Origin: a virus
DNA: 64,000 bases
Direction: 5' to 3' (one strand)
Virus record (IMG/VR): IMGVR_UViG_3300021963_000049
Location: 52,689 to 116,688 of that record
In this document: positions 27,225 through 38,436 of the stretch, piece after piece
Numbering within the stretch: position 1 is the stretch's first letter
Layout: the number at the start of each line of letters is the position of its first letter
The notes under the pieces: model-generated
What the model was told of the DNA's origin: nothing
The model's input: the letters and a program-made list of their open reading frames with translations, nothing else
Database searches by the model: none
Program-made: the position numbers and the translations under genes

Positions 27225-28054
27225 GTATAGTATTTAATGCACAGGACCATAGTTATAAAAGTTTAGATGGTGAATCAATAGACTGGATAAGTGTTACTAC
27301 ACTTGTTTCACATTTTAAGAAACCATTTGATGCTAAAAAAATAGCTGAAAAAGTTTCTAAAAATAAAAAGTCTAAATGGCATGGAATTGAGCCGGCTATT
27401 ATTCAACAGATTTGGACTAATGAGTCAGACAGATCTACCACTCTGGGAACATGGTATCATAACCAAAGAGAGTCTGATATATGTTCCTTTGCTTCTATAG
27501 AAAGAGAAGGTATAACTGTTCCTGTATTTAAACCAACTGAAGTTAAAGAAGGAATTAAAATAGCTCCTCCACAAAAGCTTGAAGCAGGAGTTTATCCTGA
27601 GCATATGGTTTATCTTAGATCAGCCGGTATATGTGGCCAATCAGATTTAGTAGAGATAGTAAATGGTAAAGTAAATATCATAGACTATAAAACAAACAAA
27701 GAAATTAAAAGGGAGTCTTATGTAGACTGGGATGGCAAATCTGAAAAGATGTTACCACCAGTAGATACATTAGATGACTGCCACTTTTATCACTATGCTT
27801 TACAGTTGAGCATTTATATGTATATTATATTAAAGCATAATCCTAAACTTAAACCAGGAAGAATATTTATACACCATGTTATATTTGAAGTAGAAGGAGA
27901 AGATAGCTGGGGATATCCTATAACTAAAAAAGATTCAAATGGTGATCCAGTAGTAAAAGAAGTTATACCAATTGCAATACCATATTTAGTTGATGAAGTA
28001 ATAGCAATAATTCACTACCTTCATGACAACAGACACAAACTAAAAAAGAAATGA
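27221..28054 (+). CDS. PD-(D/E)XK nuclease
   Basis: SVTT, GTWYH, E...ICGQSDL...IIDYKT, YALQLSIY. Confidence 0.85.
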   Translation: MSIVFNAQDHSYKSLDGESIDWISVTTLVSHFKKPFDAKKIAEKVSKNKKSKWHGIEPAIIQQIWTNESDRSTTLGTWYHNQRESDICSFASIEREGITVPVFKPTEVKEGIKIAPPQKLEAGVYPEHMVYLRSAGICGQSDLVEIVNGKVNIIDYKTNKEIKRESYVDWDGKSEKMLPPVDTLDDCHFYHYALQLSIYMYIILKHNPKLKPGRIFIHHVIFEVEGEDSWGYPITKKDSNGDPVVKEVIPIAIPYLVDEVIAIIHYLHDNRHKLKKK

Positions 28055-28566
28055 TAGTTAAACTATTTGACATACAGAATAACAAGATAGTTCCAACAGA
28101 ACACTGTTATACTTTAAAAGCACTAAAGGATATAATGGAAAACTATCCTGAAGATTATCTAAAGATTTATCAGTACTTGTTTTACATGACCTGTCCTAAT
28201 CCAGATATGAATCCTTTTTTCCATACCCCAGATATAGATAAGGAGTCATTAATATTACAACAAATAGAAGCTGAGTTTTCTCCAGAAGATGATGATATAT
28301 TTGTTGCTCTTCAGTTTTGCCAGAGAATGTATGAAACACCTACATCCAGAGCATATAAAGGAATTGCATCTATGTTAGATAGATTAGGAAGATACATGGA
28401 GACTACACCAATTAGTCATGGTAGAGATGGAAATATTACTGCTCTTGTAAATGCTGCTAAAAACTATGAAGCAATTAGAAACTCTTTTAAAGGGGCCTAT
28501 AAAGATCTTCAAGAAGAACAGCAAAGTAGAGTAAGAGGTGGTTTAGGAATGGCATATGACATGTAA
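28051..28566 (+). CDS. conserved crAss-like protein upstream of terminase (possible small subunit)
   Basis: Helical protein directly coupled to terL, C-terminal RVRGG. Confidence 0.6.
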   Translation: MIVKLFDIQNNKIVPTEHCYTLKALKDIMENYPEDYLKIYQYLFYMTCPNPDMNPFFHTPDIDKESLILQQIEAEFSPEDDDIFVALQFCQRMYETPTSRAYKGIASMLDRLGRYMETTPISHGRDGNITALVNAAKNYEAIRNSFKGAYKDLQEEQQSRVRGGLGMAYDM

Positions 28567-30767
28567 TGAGTGCAATATTTGAAGATATACCAACTTGGGA
28601 TAATGGATCCTGGACAATGACAAGCTTTGCTTCAAGAGAAGAATTTTCTTCTTTTGTTGCTAATATATTTAAAGAACCTGGTAAATATAAATTTGATGAA
28701 ACAAGTAAGTTATTTAATGAAGAAGCCACAAAGTTCAGAACAAATGGATACTACTGTGAAGCTGTCTTTAAATCCAAAGACTTCATCAACTACTGGGATG
28801 ATCAAAAGCAAAGATGCAAAAGAGGAGTTATATTTAAATCCGGAGACAACATCTGGTACATTACCAGAGAATATTATATGTGGCTTAACTTCTTGCCCAT
28901 ATTTGATAAAGAACAACAGCTATTTGACTTTGCTAAAATCAGGGATGCACAGTACCACATGGCCATTTATGAATTACTGGCAGAGCTCAACTACAAACAT
29001 GTTGCAATTCTCAAAAAGCGACAGATAGCATCCTCATATTACCATATGGGTAAGCTAATAAACCAACTATGGTTTGAGCCTGGAGTTACACTTAAAATGG
29101 GTGCCAGTCTAAAAGACTATATTAATGAGAAAGGTTCTTGGAAGTTCTTAGATGAATATGCTGCATTCTTAAATGAACACACTGCTTGGTATAGACCAAT
29201 GAATCCACAGAAAGTAATGATGTGGCAACAGAAGATTGAGGTTAGAAAAGGAGATAGAAAAAATGAAGTAGGTCTCAAAGGTACTATCCAAGGTATGTCA
29301 TTTGAGAAAGACCCAACCAATGGTGTCGGTGGACCAGTTAAATACTTCTTTCATGAGGAAGCAGGTATTGCTCCTAAAATGGATCAGACATATGAGTATA
29401 TGCGCCCGGCCATGAGATCTGGACTTATTACAACTGGTATGTTTATAGCAGCAGGATCAGTGGGTGACTTATCACAGTGTCAACCACTTAAGGATATGAT
29501 CTTAAATCCTACATCAAAAGATGTATATGCTGTAGAAACAGACTTGGTAGATGATAAAGGCACTATAGGTTTATCAGGTTTATTTATTCCTGAACAATGG
29601 TCTATGCCTCCATATATTGATCAATATGGTAACTCACTTGTAGAAGAAGCACTAAAGGCTTTAGATGATCAGTTTGAAAAATGGAAAAAAGAACTAGCTC
29701 CGGAAGATTATCAGTTAAGAATATCTCAGCATCCAAGAAATATTAAAGAAGCTTTTGATCATAGAACTGTATCTGTATTTCCACCACATCTTCTTGCAGC
29801 ACAAGAAAGAAGAATAAATGATAAAGATTATGGATATGAGTTTTTGGATATATCTACTGATGAAAATGGTAAACCAAAAGTTACACCAACAAGTAAAAGA
29901 CCAATTTCAGAATTTCCTATTTCTAAAAAGACAGAAGATAAAACAGGAGTTTTAGTAGTTTGGGAAAGACCACCTAAAGATCCTGAGTTTACAACATATT
30001 ATGCATCTATTGACCCCGTGTCAGAAGGTAAGACAACTACCTCAGAATCACTATGTTCCATCTATGTAATGAAAGCTCCAGTTCAAGTAAGTAAGGTTAA
30101 TGGTACTGAAACTGAGACATATATAGAACAAGGTAAAATTGTAGCTGCATGGTGCGGTAGATTTGATGATATAAATAAAACACACCAGAGACTTGAGCTT
30201 ATTATAGAATGGTATAATGCCTGGACAGTAATAGAGAATAACATCTCTCTCTTTATCCAGTATATGATATCCAGAAAGAAACAAAAATATTTGGTACCTA
30301 AGAGCCAGATCATGTTTCTTAAAGACCTTGGATCTAACAACAATGTATTCCAAGAATATGGTTGGAAAAATACTGGAACATTATTTAAGAATCACTTGCT
30401 CAGTTATGCTATTGAATACACTAAAGAAGAAATAGATCAAGAGACCAAATCAGATGGTACTATTGTAAGAACAAAATATGGTATAGAAAGAATACCGGAT
30501 CCCATGCTTATTAAAGAGATGAGAGAATATGCAGATGGAGTCAATGTGGATAGGTTAGTATCTTTTGCTGCACTTGTTGCATTTATGAAAATACAGCACT
30601 CTAATAGAGGCTATCTTAAAAAAACAATTATGGATGATGCGGCTAAAAACTTGCAAAAGTCAGAAAATTTATATAAATTAAATAATAGTCCATTCCGACA
30701 CATGGGAAGGACTCAACTCAGAAATGGTCAAAGCTTTAAGAGATCACCATTTAAACACTATAAATAA
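28566..30767 (+). CDS. terL: terminase large subunit
   Basis: LKKRQIASSY Walker A variant, FFHEEAG Walker B, IDP...D nuclease, NVDRL. Confidence 0.9.
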   Translation: MSAIFEDIPTWDNGSWTMTSFASREEFSSFVANIFKEPGKYKFDETSKLFNEEATKFRTNGYYCEAVFKSKDFINYWDDQKQRCKRGVIFKSGDNIWYITREYYMWLNFLPIFDKEQQLFDFAKIRDAQYHMAIYELLAELNYKHVAILKKRQIASSYYHMGKLINQLWFEPGVTLKMGASLKDYINEKGSWKFLDEYAAFLNEHTAWYRPMNPQKVMMWQQKIEVRKGDRKNEVGLKGTIQGMSFEKDPTNGVGGPVKYFFHEEAGIAPKMDQTYEYMRPAMRSGLITTGMFIAAGSVGDLSQCQPLKDMILNPTSKDVYAVETDLVDDKGTIGLSGLFIPEQWSMPPYIDQYGNSLVEEALKALDDQFEKWKKELAPEDYQLRISQHPRNIKEAFDHRTVSVFPPHLLAAQERRINDKDYGYEFLDISTDENGKPKVTPTSKRPISEFPISKKTEDKTGVLVVWERPPKDPEFTTYYASIDPVSEGKTTTSESLCSIYVMKAPVQVSKVNGTETETYIEQGKIVAAWCGRFDDINKTHQRLELIIEWYNAWTVIENNISLFIQYMISRKKQKYLVPKSQIMFLKDLGSNNNVFQEYGWKNTGTLFKNHLLSYAIEYTKEEIDQETKSDGTIVRTKYGIERIPDPMLIKEMREYADGVNVDRLVSFAALVAFMKIQHSNRGYLKKTIMDDAAKNLQKSENLYKLNNSPFRHMGRTQLRNGQSFKRSPFKHYK

Positions 30768-30772
30768 ACACT

Positions 30773-33517
30773 ATGCAAATATATAATGCATTACAGTTAA
30801 AGAAAGGAGCTAAAAGTGAGCATAATAGGATGGGTAGTATTACTCAACCTTTACAATTTGTTCCTAAAAAAGATAAAGATGAAGAGTGGGCAGCTTGGAA
30901 CTTAGACTGGTTAGAGTGGAATGGTCTTAAACAGATCAGAAGAAATGCCCGCAGACTTATGAAAAACTATAAGCTAGCTAAAGGTATTATAGATAAGTCA
31001 GATTATATTATTGAAGAAGATAATGAGTATAGAGATATAGTAGAGGTTTTAACTAGAGAAGACCAGTCTGCTTTAGAATTAAAGTTCTATCCTATTATTC
31101 CAAATGTTATTAATGTTCTAGTAGCTGAATTTGCTAAGAGATCAACCAAACTTACATACAGAGCCATTGATGAGTTCTCATATAATGAGATGATGGAGCA
31201 AAAAAGAAAAATGGTTGAGGATACATTAATGGCAGATGCTCAAACAAAAATTGTTGCTGCATTATTAGAACAAGGGATGGATCCAAATACTCCTGAGTTC
31301 CAACAGCAAATAGATCCAAATCAGCTTAAGTCATTGCCAGAAATAGAAAACTTCTTCAAAAAAGATTATAGATCTATGATGGAGCAGTGGGCAACTCATC
31401 AGCATAAAGTAGATATAGAAAGATTTAAAATGGATGAGCTAGAGGAAAGAGGTTTCCGTGACATGCTTATTACAGATAGAGAGTTCTGGCACTTTAGAAT
31501 GATGGAGGATGACTATGAAGTAGAGCTTTGGAATCCACCAGTTTGCTTTTATCATAAATCTCCGGATGCAAGATATATATCTCAAGGAAACTGGGTAGGA
31601 AAAATTGATATGTTAACTGTAGCTGATGTTATAGATAAATTTGGATACTTGCTTACTGAAGAACAACATGAAGCTTTAGAAGCAGTATATCCTATTAGAT
31701 CAGCTGGATATATTGTGGGAGGATACCAAAATGATGGAACATACTATGATGCTACAAAGTCTCATGACTGGAATGTTAATATGCCTTCTCTTGCTTATAG
31801 ACAATACACAACAATGATGGCTGGTTCTGTCTATGATGGCGGAGATATCATTAACCAAATCTTATCTGAAGGAGAAGACTATTTTGATCAAGGTACTGCT
31901 TACTTATTAAGAGTAACAACAGCTTACTGGAAGTCACAAAGAAAAGTAGGTCACTTAACTAAAATACTTGACACAGGTGAAGTAGTTAATGAAGTAGTAA
32001 CTGAAGATTATAAAATTACTGATAAGCCAATATATGACACCAGACTCTTTAAGAATAAAAATAAAGACAATCTTATTTTTGGAGAGCATATAGACTGGAT
32101 CTGGATTAATGAAGTATGGGGTGGTGTAAAGATTGGACCAAATTTACCAAGCTTCTGGGGTATGAATAATCCAGGAGGATTTTCTCCTATCTATATTGGA
32201 GTAGATAAGAACCACATTGGTCCATTAAGATTCCAGTTTAAAGGAGACTCAAGTTTATATGGTTGTAAACTTCCGGTTGAAGGAGCTGTATTCTCAGACA
32301 GAAATACAAAGTCTACAGCACTCATTGACTTAATGAAACCATACCAAATTGGATATAACATTGTCAACAATCAGATTGCAGATATACTAGTAGATGAACT
32401 AGGTACTGTAATTATGCTTGACCAAAACTCTTTACCAAGACATTCACTTGGAGAAGACTGGGGGAAAGGAAACTATGCTAAAGCATATGTGGCAATGAAG
32501 AACTTCCAGATTCTTCCACTTGATACATCTATTACAAATACTGAGAATTCATTAAACTTCCAGCACTTCCAGAAACTTGATCTAGAGCAGACCAATAGAT
32601 TAATGTCAAGGATTAACTTAGGAAACTATTTTAAGCAGCAAGCATATGAAGTAATAGGAGTTAACCCACAAAGAATGGGTCAGCAAATTTCACAGCAAAC
32701 TGCAACCGGTGTTGAACAGGCACTTAATGCTTCTTATGCGCAAACAGAAATGTACTTTATACAGCACTGTGATTATCTAATGCCAAGGGTGCACCAGATG
32801 AGAACAGACTTAGCACAGTTTTACCACTCTACAAAGCCATCTGCGAGGTTAACTTATATAACCTCTGCAGATGAGAAAGTAAACTTTGAGATTAATGGTA
32901 CAGATATGCTATTAAGAGATCTTAATATATTCTGTACTACAACTGCAAATCATAGAGCAGTCTTAGAGCAATTAAAGCAGATGGCTGTACAGAATAATAC
33001 TACTGGTGCTTCTATCTATGACTTAGGTAAAGTTATTCAGTCAGATTCAATTGCTGAACTTAATAATGCTCTTAAATCTTCTGAAGATAAAACACAACAG
33101 CAAAAACAAGCTGAAATGCAACAACAACAGCAAATGCAACAAGAACAACTTCAAAAACAACAAGAGTTAGAGAAGATGAAGATTGATGCACAAGCTATGG
33201 AGAAAGAGAAAGATAGACAAAGAGATATCTTGGTTGCAGAAATTAGAGCTGCTGGTTATGGATCTATGGCTGATGTTAATCAAAATCAAATGTCAGATTA
33301 TGCAGATGCTATGAAAGATATTAGACAGACAGAACAGTATCAAGAGCAAACAAATCTTCAGAGAGAAAAAGAAGTTAACAGAATGAATGCTGAGTCTCAG
33401 AAGAATGAAATTGAGAGAGAAAAGATAGCTGCACAAAGAGAGATTGCTAATAGACAGTTACAAATTGCTCAGGAAAACAAAAACAAGTATGACAAAAAGA
33501 ATGATAGTGGGGAATAG
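30773..33517 (+). CDS. portal protein
   Basis: 914 aa after terL; YPIIPNVINVL.AE, GVNPQRMGQ, Q-rich C-terminal coiled coil typical of crAss-like portals. Confidence 0.85.
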   Translation: MQIYNALQLKKGAKSEHNRMGSITQPLQFVPKKDKDEEWAAWNLDWLEWNGLKQIRRNARRLMKNYKLAKGIIDKSDYIIEEDNEYRDIVEVLTREDQSALELKFYPIIPNVINVLVAEFAKRSTKLTYRAIDEFSYNEMMEQKRKMVEDTLMADAQTKIVAALLEQGMDPNTPEFQQQIDPNQLKSLPEIENFFKKDYRSMMEQWATHQHKVDIERFKMDELEERGFRDMLITDREFWHFRMMEDDYEVELWNPPVCFYHKSPDARYISQGNWVGKIDMLTVADVIDKFGYLLTEEQHEALEAVYPIRSAGYIVGGYQNDGTYYDATKSHDWNVNMPSLAYRQYTTMMAGSVYDGGDIINQILSEGEDYFDQGTAYLLRVTTAYWKSQRKVGHLTKILDTGEVVNEVVTEDYKITDKPIYDTRLFKNKNKDNLIFGEHIDWIWINEVWGGVKIGPNLPSFWGMNNPGGFSPIYIGVDKNHIGPLRFQFKGDSSLYGCKLPVEGAVFSDRNTKSTALIDLMKPYQIGYNIVNNQIADILVDELGTVIMLDQNSLPRHSLGEDWGKGNYAKAYVAMKNFQILPLDTSITNTENSLNFQHFQKLDLEQTNRLMSRINLGNYFKQQAYEVIGVNPQRMGQQISQQTATGVEQALNASYAQTEMYFIQHCDYLMPRVHQMRTDLAQFYHSTKPSARLTYITSADEKVNFEINGTDMLLRDLNIFCTTTANHRAVLEQLKQMAVQNNTTGASIYDLGKVIQSDSIAELNNALKSSEDKTQQQKQAEMQQQQQMQQEQLQKQQELEKMKIDAQAMEKEKDRQRDILVAEIRAAGYGSMADVNQNQMSDYADAMKDIRQTEQYQEQTNLQREKEVNRMNAESQKNEIEREKIAAQREIANRQLQIAQENKNKYDKKNDSGE

Positions 33518-33605
33518 TTAGCTATATAATGCAAAAAAAGATTGCAGCCTATCTAAATTTCTGAAGTTTATTTTGTATATTAAAGTATAAACAAAAACCA
33601 ACAAA

Positions 33606-34883
33606 ATGGAAGATTTAAACAAAAAGCTTGATGATCAAGTTCAAGACTCTACTGTTGTAGAGCAGCTTGATATCAATGTTGATGAAATCTTTGGAATGCC
33701 AGGAGCAGAAAATGTGATGTTACCTGACTCTGGCAAAGAAGAAGAAAAAGCTAAATCTGTTTTTTCAAAGGAAGCAACAGATTACACGTTCCTTGATAAC
33801 TCAGCTAAATCTCCTCAAGAAAGGGAAGAGGCAGCTGAAAAGAAAGCAGAAGTTGAAGAAACTATTGCTGAACTAGATGGTCTTATTTCACAAGAAGAAG
33901 ATGCTGGTAATAAAGGTAGACCAAAGGTTGATAAATCAGGTCTACTAGAACTAGCAACTAAAATGCTTGAAGATGGTCTCTTATTTCCTTTTGATGATGG
34001 CAAGCCTATTGAGGAGTACACAACAAAAGACTTTAGAGAATTATTTGAGGCTAACTTTCAAGAGAGAGAAGCTGCTTTAAGAGAAAATACTCCAAAAGAA
34101 TTTTTTCAAGCTCTTCCAGAAGAACTACAAATTGCTGCAAAATATGTAGCAGATGGTGGTCAAGATCTTAAAGGTTTGTTTAGAACTCTTGCTCATGTTG
34201 AAGAGATGAGAGATTTAGATCCTACAAGTGAAAGAGATCAAGAAGAAATAGTAAGGCAGTATCTTTATGCAACTGGTTTTGCTGATGGAAATCCTGAAGA
34301 GATTGAGGAAGAAATCAGAGATTGGGCTGACATGGATAAATTAGAACAAAAAGCCAGACAGTTCAAACCAAAATTAGATAAGATGCAGGAAGAGATTGTT
34401 GCTAGACAACTTGCAGAGCAAGAACATAGAAAGCAACAACAGGCTCAACAAGCAAAAGCTTACCAAGATAATGTATATAGTACATTAGCACAAGGTGAGT
34501 TAGGAGGACTAAAACTTGATAGAAAAACTCAAGGGTTACTTTACTCCGGACTTGTTCAGCCAAGTTATCCTTCAATTTCTGGTAAACCTACAAACTTACT
34601 TGGTCACTTATTAGAGAAGTATCAGTTTGTACAACCAAGACATGATTTAATTGCTGAAGCACTTTGGTTACTTGCAGATCCGGAAGGATACAAAGGTAAA
34701 GTAAGAGAGATAGGTGGTAAAGCAGCTACAGAAAAAGTAGTAAAGCAATTAAAAACAGAAGAAGGTAGAAAGCTAGCATCTTCATATGGTGGAACAAATA
34801 CAGACAATGAGCCAAGAAGACAACCAGCAAGTAAACCAGCAAGAACAGTTTCTAGACCAGGAAATATGTTCAAAAGATTTTAA
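33606..34883 (+). CDS. acidic scaffold-like capsid assembly protein
   Basis: Acidic and helical, between portal and MCP. Confidence 0.65.
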   Translation: MEDLNKKLDDQVQDSTVVEQLDINVDEIFGMPGAENVMLPDSGKEEEKAKSVFSKEATDYTFLDNSAKSPQEREEAAEKKAEVEETIAELDGLISQEEDAGNKGRPKVDKSGLLELATKMLEDGLLFPFDDGKPIEEYTTKDFRELFEANFQEREAALRENTPKEFFQALPEELQIAAKYVADGGQDLKGLFRTLAHVEEMRDLDPTSERDQEEIVRQYLYATGFADGNPEEIEEEIRDWADMDKLEQKARQFKPKLDKMQEEIVARQLAEQEHRKQQQAQQAKAYQDNVYSTLAQGELGGLKLDRKTQGLLYSGLVQPSYPSISGKPTNLLGHLLEKYQFVQPRHDLIAEALWLLADPEGYKGKVREIGGKAATEKVVKQLKTEEGRKLASSYGGTNTDNEPRRQPASKPARTVSRPGNMFKRF

Positions 34884-34911
34884 GTAGTAACTAATAAACA
34901 AACAAATAAAA

Positions 34912-36531
34912 ATGGCAACTCCAGTTTTAAACAATGGTATCTTTCTACGGGATACAGCCTATGCGGCAACTTCACACGTAGATTCTTACCACTTGGTTAA
35001 CATGTTGAAGGATGCAGAACCAATGGACTTAGGTCCAGTAGACCTTTGGGCAATGGCTCAGAAGGTGGAAATGCCTCTTTACCAAATGTCTAGCTTTGGT
35101 GGTAAAAATGTAATTATGGTTGACAATGCTCGCGGTGAGTATAAGTGGCAGACTCCAGTATCTGTGGATCTTCCTTATATCATTGAGGATATTGAACCAG
35201 ATAATAGCTTCAAAGGTGTAGATGGTACTACTTTCCGCATCAAACTTAGCAGAAGAGAATTTGGACATGGGGATATTATTACCTATGACAAATACAATGG
35301 GGCTGAGATGTACATTGTACCAACTGAAGATATTTTACCAGTTAATGATGGATTTATCTATACTGTTCAGTTAGTAGACAATGACAACAACCGTTTCTTA
35401 GATAACAAGTATTTATCAAATGGAACTAAGGTATTTAGAAAAGGTTCTGCTAGAGGTGAGTATGGTGAGAGATTCTCTGACATCCAAACAAGAACTGGTT
35501 TCCGTGAATTCTACAACTTTGTAGGTGGAGCTGAAGCACATGTTCATTACTCTATTTCTTCTAGAGCTGATTTGATGATCAAAGGTGGTATGAATGCAGA
35601 TGGTACAGTTCCTGTAACTGAGATCTGGAGAAACTTTGGTGCAACTAATGATCCTTCTATCACTTCATTAGAAGACATGGTTAAGGTAATGGGTAAAGAC
35701 AAAGTAAAGAAAGCATTTGATAATGGAGACTTATCAAGAACTTTCTTGACTACTATGGAAGCTGCTCACTTAACTAAAATTGCTACTGATATTGAGACTT
35801 ACTTAATGTGGGGACAAGGAGGTAGAGTTAAGCAAGATGGTCCAGATGATCTAAGATTATCAGTAGGTCTTTGGAAGCAGTTGGATAACTCTTTCAAAAG
35901 AGTATACAACAAGAATAACTTTACACTTGATTTGTTCCGTGGAGAAATCTACAACTTCTTCAATGGTAAGGTTGAGTTCCAAGGTCCAGATCCAAAGAGA
36001 TCTTTGATTGTACAAACTGGTATGGGTGGAATGAGAATGGTAAATGAAGCAATTAGGAGAGAAGCAGTATCTTCTGGTCTTTTGATTCAAGCTGCAGATA
36101 TCGGTGCTATCACTGGTAAAGGTATGGACTTGAACTTTGGATTTGCTTATACTTCATATGTAATTCCATTCTTGGCAAATGTTAAGTTTGTTCTTAACCC
36201 AGCATTTGACAATGTTCATACTAATGATATTGAGAACCCAATCATAGATGGTTTCCCATTATCTTCTTACTCATTCATTATCTTTGATATCACAGATAAT
36301 ACTAATGATAACATCTTCTTATTAAAGTTATCTTGGGATAACCAACTTAAGTGGTGGTATCAGAATGGTACAATGGACTATATGGGCCGTACTCAAGGGT
36401 TCCAGTCTTCTGGCCAATTCAATGGTTACCGTGTTATGATGTCTCAAACAATGCCAGCTATCTGGGTTAAGGATCCAACTAAAGTCCTTAAGATTGTTAT
36501 GAGAAACCCAATCACTGGTGGATCATTCTAA
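34912..36531 (+). CDS. major capsid protein
   Basis: 539 aa, highly biased codon use, position after portal/scaffold, followed by a terminator (36544-36580). Confidence 0.85.
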   Translation: MATPVLNNGIFLRDTAYAATSHVDSYHLVNMLKDAEPMDLGPVDLWAMAQKVEMPLYQMSSFGGKNVIMVDNARGEYKWQTPVSVDLPYIIEDIEPDNSFKGVDGTTFRIKLSRREFGHGDIITYDKYNGAEMYIVPTEDILPVNDGFIYTVQLVDNDNNRFLDNKYLSNGTKVFRKGSARGEYGERFSDIQTRTGFREFYNFVGGAEAHVHYSISSRADLMIKGGMNADGTVPVTEIWRNFGATNDPSITSLEDMVKVMGKDKVKKAFDNGDLSRTFLTTMEAAHLTKIATDIETYLMWGQGGRVKQDGPDDLRLSVGLWKQLDNSFKRVYNKNNFTLDLFRGEIYNFFNGKVEFQGPDPKRSLIVQTGMGGMRMVNEAIRREAVSSGLLIQAADIGAITGKGMDLNFGFAYTSYVIPFLANVKFVLNPAFDNVHTNDIENPIIDGFPLSSYSFIIFDITDNTNDNIFLLKLSWDNQLKWWYQNGTMDYMGRTQGFQSSGQFNGYRVMMSQTMPAIWVKDPTKVLKIVMRNPITGGSF

Positions 36532-36610
36532 TATATAAAAAATGGGAGAGGGGCAGCAGTGTCCTTCTCTCTTTTTATTTTAACCAACAAATATAAAAAC
36601 CAACAAAAAA

Positions 36611-37633
36611 ATGGAAAGTACAAGTTTTACAATGGTAGAAACAGGTAAGGGTTCAGTGAAGAAAACTTCAATTGCAATCCGCCCGTTCTTTGACAGCACA
36701 AGTTCTAACATGGGGTTAGAAGAATATGGAATGACTTTATTTGATGGAGTTACTCATACAGAACAATTAGCTTGTTTAGAAAATAATGGAGTAGTAAGAT
36801 ACTTAACTGGACTAAATGAATTTGCTCCAGAAATTAGACTTATGGATCCAGAAACTAAAGAAGCAAAAGTTAGACAAATAAGAGAAGCAGTAGCAGAACT
36901 AGAAAAAGAATTAGCTGCTAATGTTATTGAAGTAGAAGACACACAATTTTGGAATAAGGTAAAACTTCTAAAACCAGACAATGCAGATTTTTGGAATAAG
37001 ATCTTTTTATCATGTGGAAATGAGCCAGTATACCTAAGCACATTAGATCCATATGATAGAATTAAACTTTATGCTATAGAAGCCGGAGGGTTTTCTATTG
37101 TAGCTAAAAGCTATGATGATGCTAGATCAAAATCAGTTCCGCCTAAGTTTTACTTAGATAAAGAAGAAGAAACTGTAATGATCAGAACTGAATACAAGAA
37201 GATGCGGAACAAAGCACTTTCTGAACTTCAGAAATTATTTGACAAAAATAGTACTAAGCTATTCTACATTGCAAAAGTTGTAGATATTAATAGTACACAA
37301 TATAGAAAGTCTACACCAAATGATCTAATATATGAGAATATGGACATGTATATTAATGGTGAAGGTGGAGAAAGCAACAAAGAAAGAGCTGCCAAATCTT
37401 TTATGGAAGCAGCAAATACAGATATGGAAACACTAAAAATTAAATCAATTGTTAGAGATTCCGTATTTTTTAAGTATATTATTAATAAGGCAGATGGATA
37501 TATATACCATTCCAAGTCTAATGCATTACTTGGAAGAAATGTATCTGATGTTGTAGAGTATTTAAAGAATCCTTTAAATGAGGATATTTTAAAAGATCTT
37601 AACATAGCCTGTGAGAAGTATTGGAATTCTTAA
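36611..37633 (+). CDS. conserved crAss-like protein downstream of MCP
   Basis: YLTGLNE...FWN...DPYD.IK...IEAGGF; position matches the crAss-like capsid block. Confidence 0.7.
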   Translation: MESTSFTMVETGKGSVKKTSIAIRPFFDSTSSNMGLEEYGMTLFDGVTHTEQLACLENNGVVRYLTGLNEFAPEIRLMDPETKEAKVRQIREAVAELEKELAANVIEVEDTQFWNKVKLLKPDNADFWNKIFLSCGNEPVYLSTLDPYDRIKLYAIEAGGFSIVAKSYDDARSKSVPPKFYLDKEEETVMIRTEYKKMRNKALSELQKLFDKNSTKLFYIAKVVDINSTQYRKSTPNDLIYENMDMYINGEGGESNKERAAKSFMEAANTDMETLKIKSIVRDSVFFKYIINKADGYIYHSKSNALLGRNVSDVVEYLKNPLNEDILKDLNIACEKYWNS

Positions 37634-37648
37634 CTTAAAAAAATAAAA

Positions 37649-38083
37649 ATGAAAAAGTATGCTGCGGGCGGTAAAACAGATCCTGCCAAGAAAAAAGCAA
37701 GATTAGAAAAAAGAGCTAATAAAGTAATGGGAAGAGCCCAAAGAACTTATGCTGAGTCATTAGGTGCAATTGAAGATGCAAAAAAGTCTGGTACAAAGGC
37801 TGATTATGCTGGAGCTGAACAGTTGCAAAATAGATCGCTAAGACAAGAAGCAAAAGCTAAAAGACTTAAAGCTAAAGCAACTAGTATGAAAACTGGTGGT
37901 ATGGTTAATTCTAATGCTAAAGTTTCTGCGCTTAAATCTGCTGGCTCTAAAGGAGTTAAGTCAGGTGTTAATCCAAAAGCTTCTGCATCTAAAGTTGCTA
38001 AAGGTAGATCAGGGGGAACTTCTAAAGCTCCTAAAACTGCTACACCTAAAGCTATGTATGGAATGTCAATGAGAAGAAAATAA
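37649..38083 (+). CDS. highly basic K/A-rich protein (histone H1-like composition)
   Basis: YAAGG and MKTGG motifs. Confidence 0.7.
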   Translation: MKKYAAGGKTDPAKKKARLEKRANKVMGRAQRTYAESLGAIEDAKKSGTKADYAGAEQLQNRSLRQEAKAKRLKAKATSMKTGGMVNSNAKVSALKSAGSKGVKSGVNPKASASKVAKGRSGGTSKAPKTATPKAMYGMSMRRK

Positions 38084-38421
38084 TGCCAAAAGATTCTTGT
38101 TATCATAGTGTCAAATCCAGATATGCAGTCTTTCCTTCAGCAAGGGCTTCTCAAGCTATTGCCAAATGTAGAAAAAAATCTGGCAAGGTAAGAAAGACTG
38201 AGAAAGGTACAGAGCTTAAAAGATGGCAAGCAGAAAAGTGGCAAGATACTAAATCAGGGAAACCTTGTGGGGCCGGTGGAAAGAATGAATACTGCCGCCC
38301 CACTAAAAGGGTTTCTAGTAAAACACCAAAAACCAAAAGTGAAATTACTCCTTCTAAACTTAGAGCTAAAAAGGCTGAAAAGTCTAGAGTAGGTATGGGA
38401 AGAAGAGTTAAAAAAGTATAA
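38083..38421 (+). CDS. highly basic small protein
   Basis: FPSARASQAIAKCRK, LKRWQAEKW.D.K.GKPCG, YCRP.KRVS.KTPKT. Confidence 0.75.
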   Translation: MPKDSCYHSVKSRYAVFPSARASQAIAKCRKKSGKVRKTEKGTELKRWQAEKWQDTKSGKPCGAGGKNEYCRPTKRVSSKTPKTKSEITPSKLRAKKAEKSRVGMGRRVKKV

Positions 38422-38436
38422 TTAAAATTTATTATC

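Noticed and set aside
28566-36531. Introns or inteins in terminase, portal or MCP
   Set aside because: ORFs are continuous, with no intein C...HN signatures or splits
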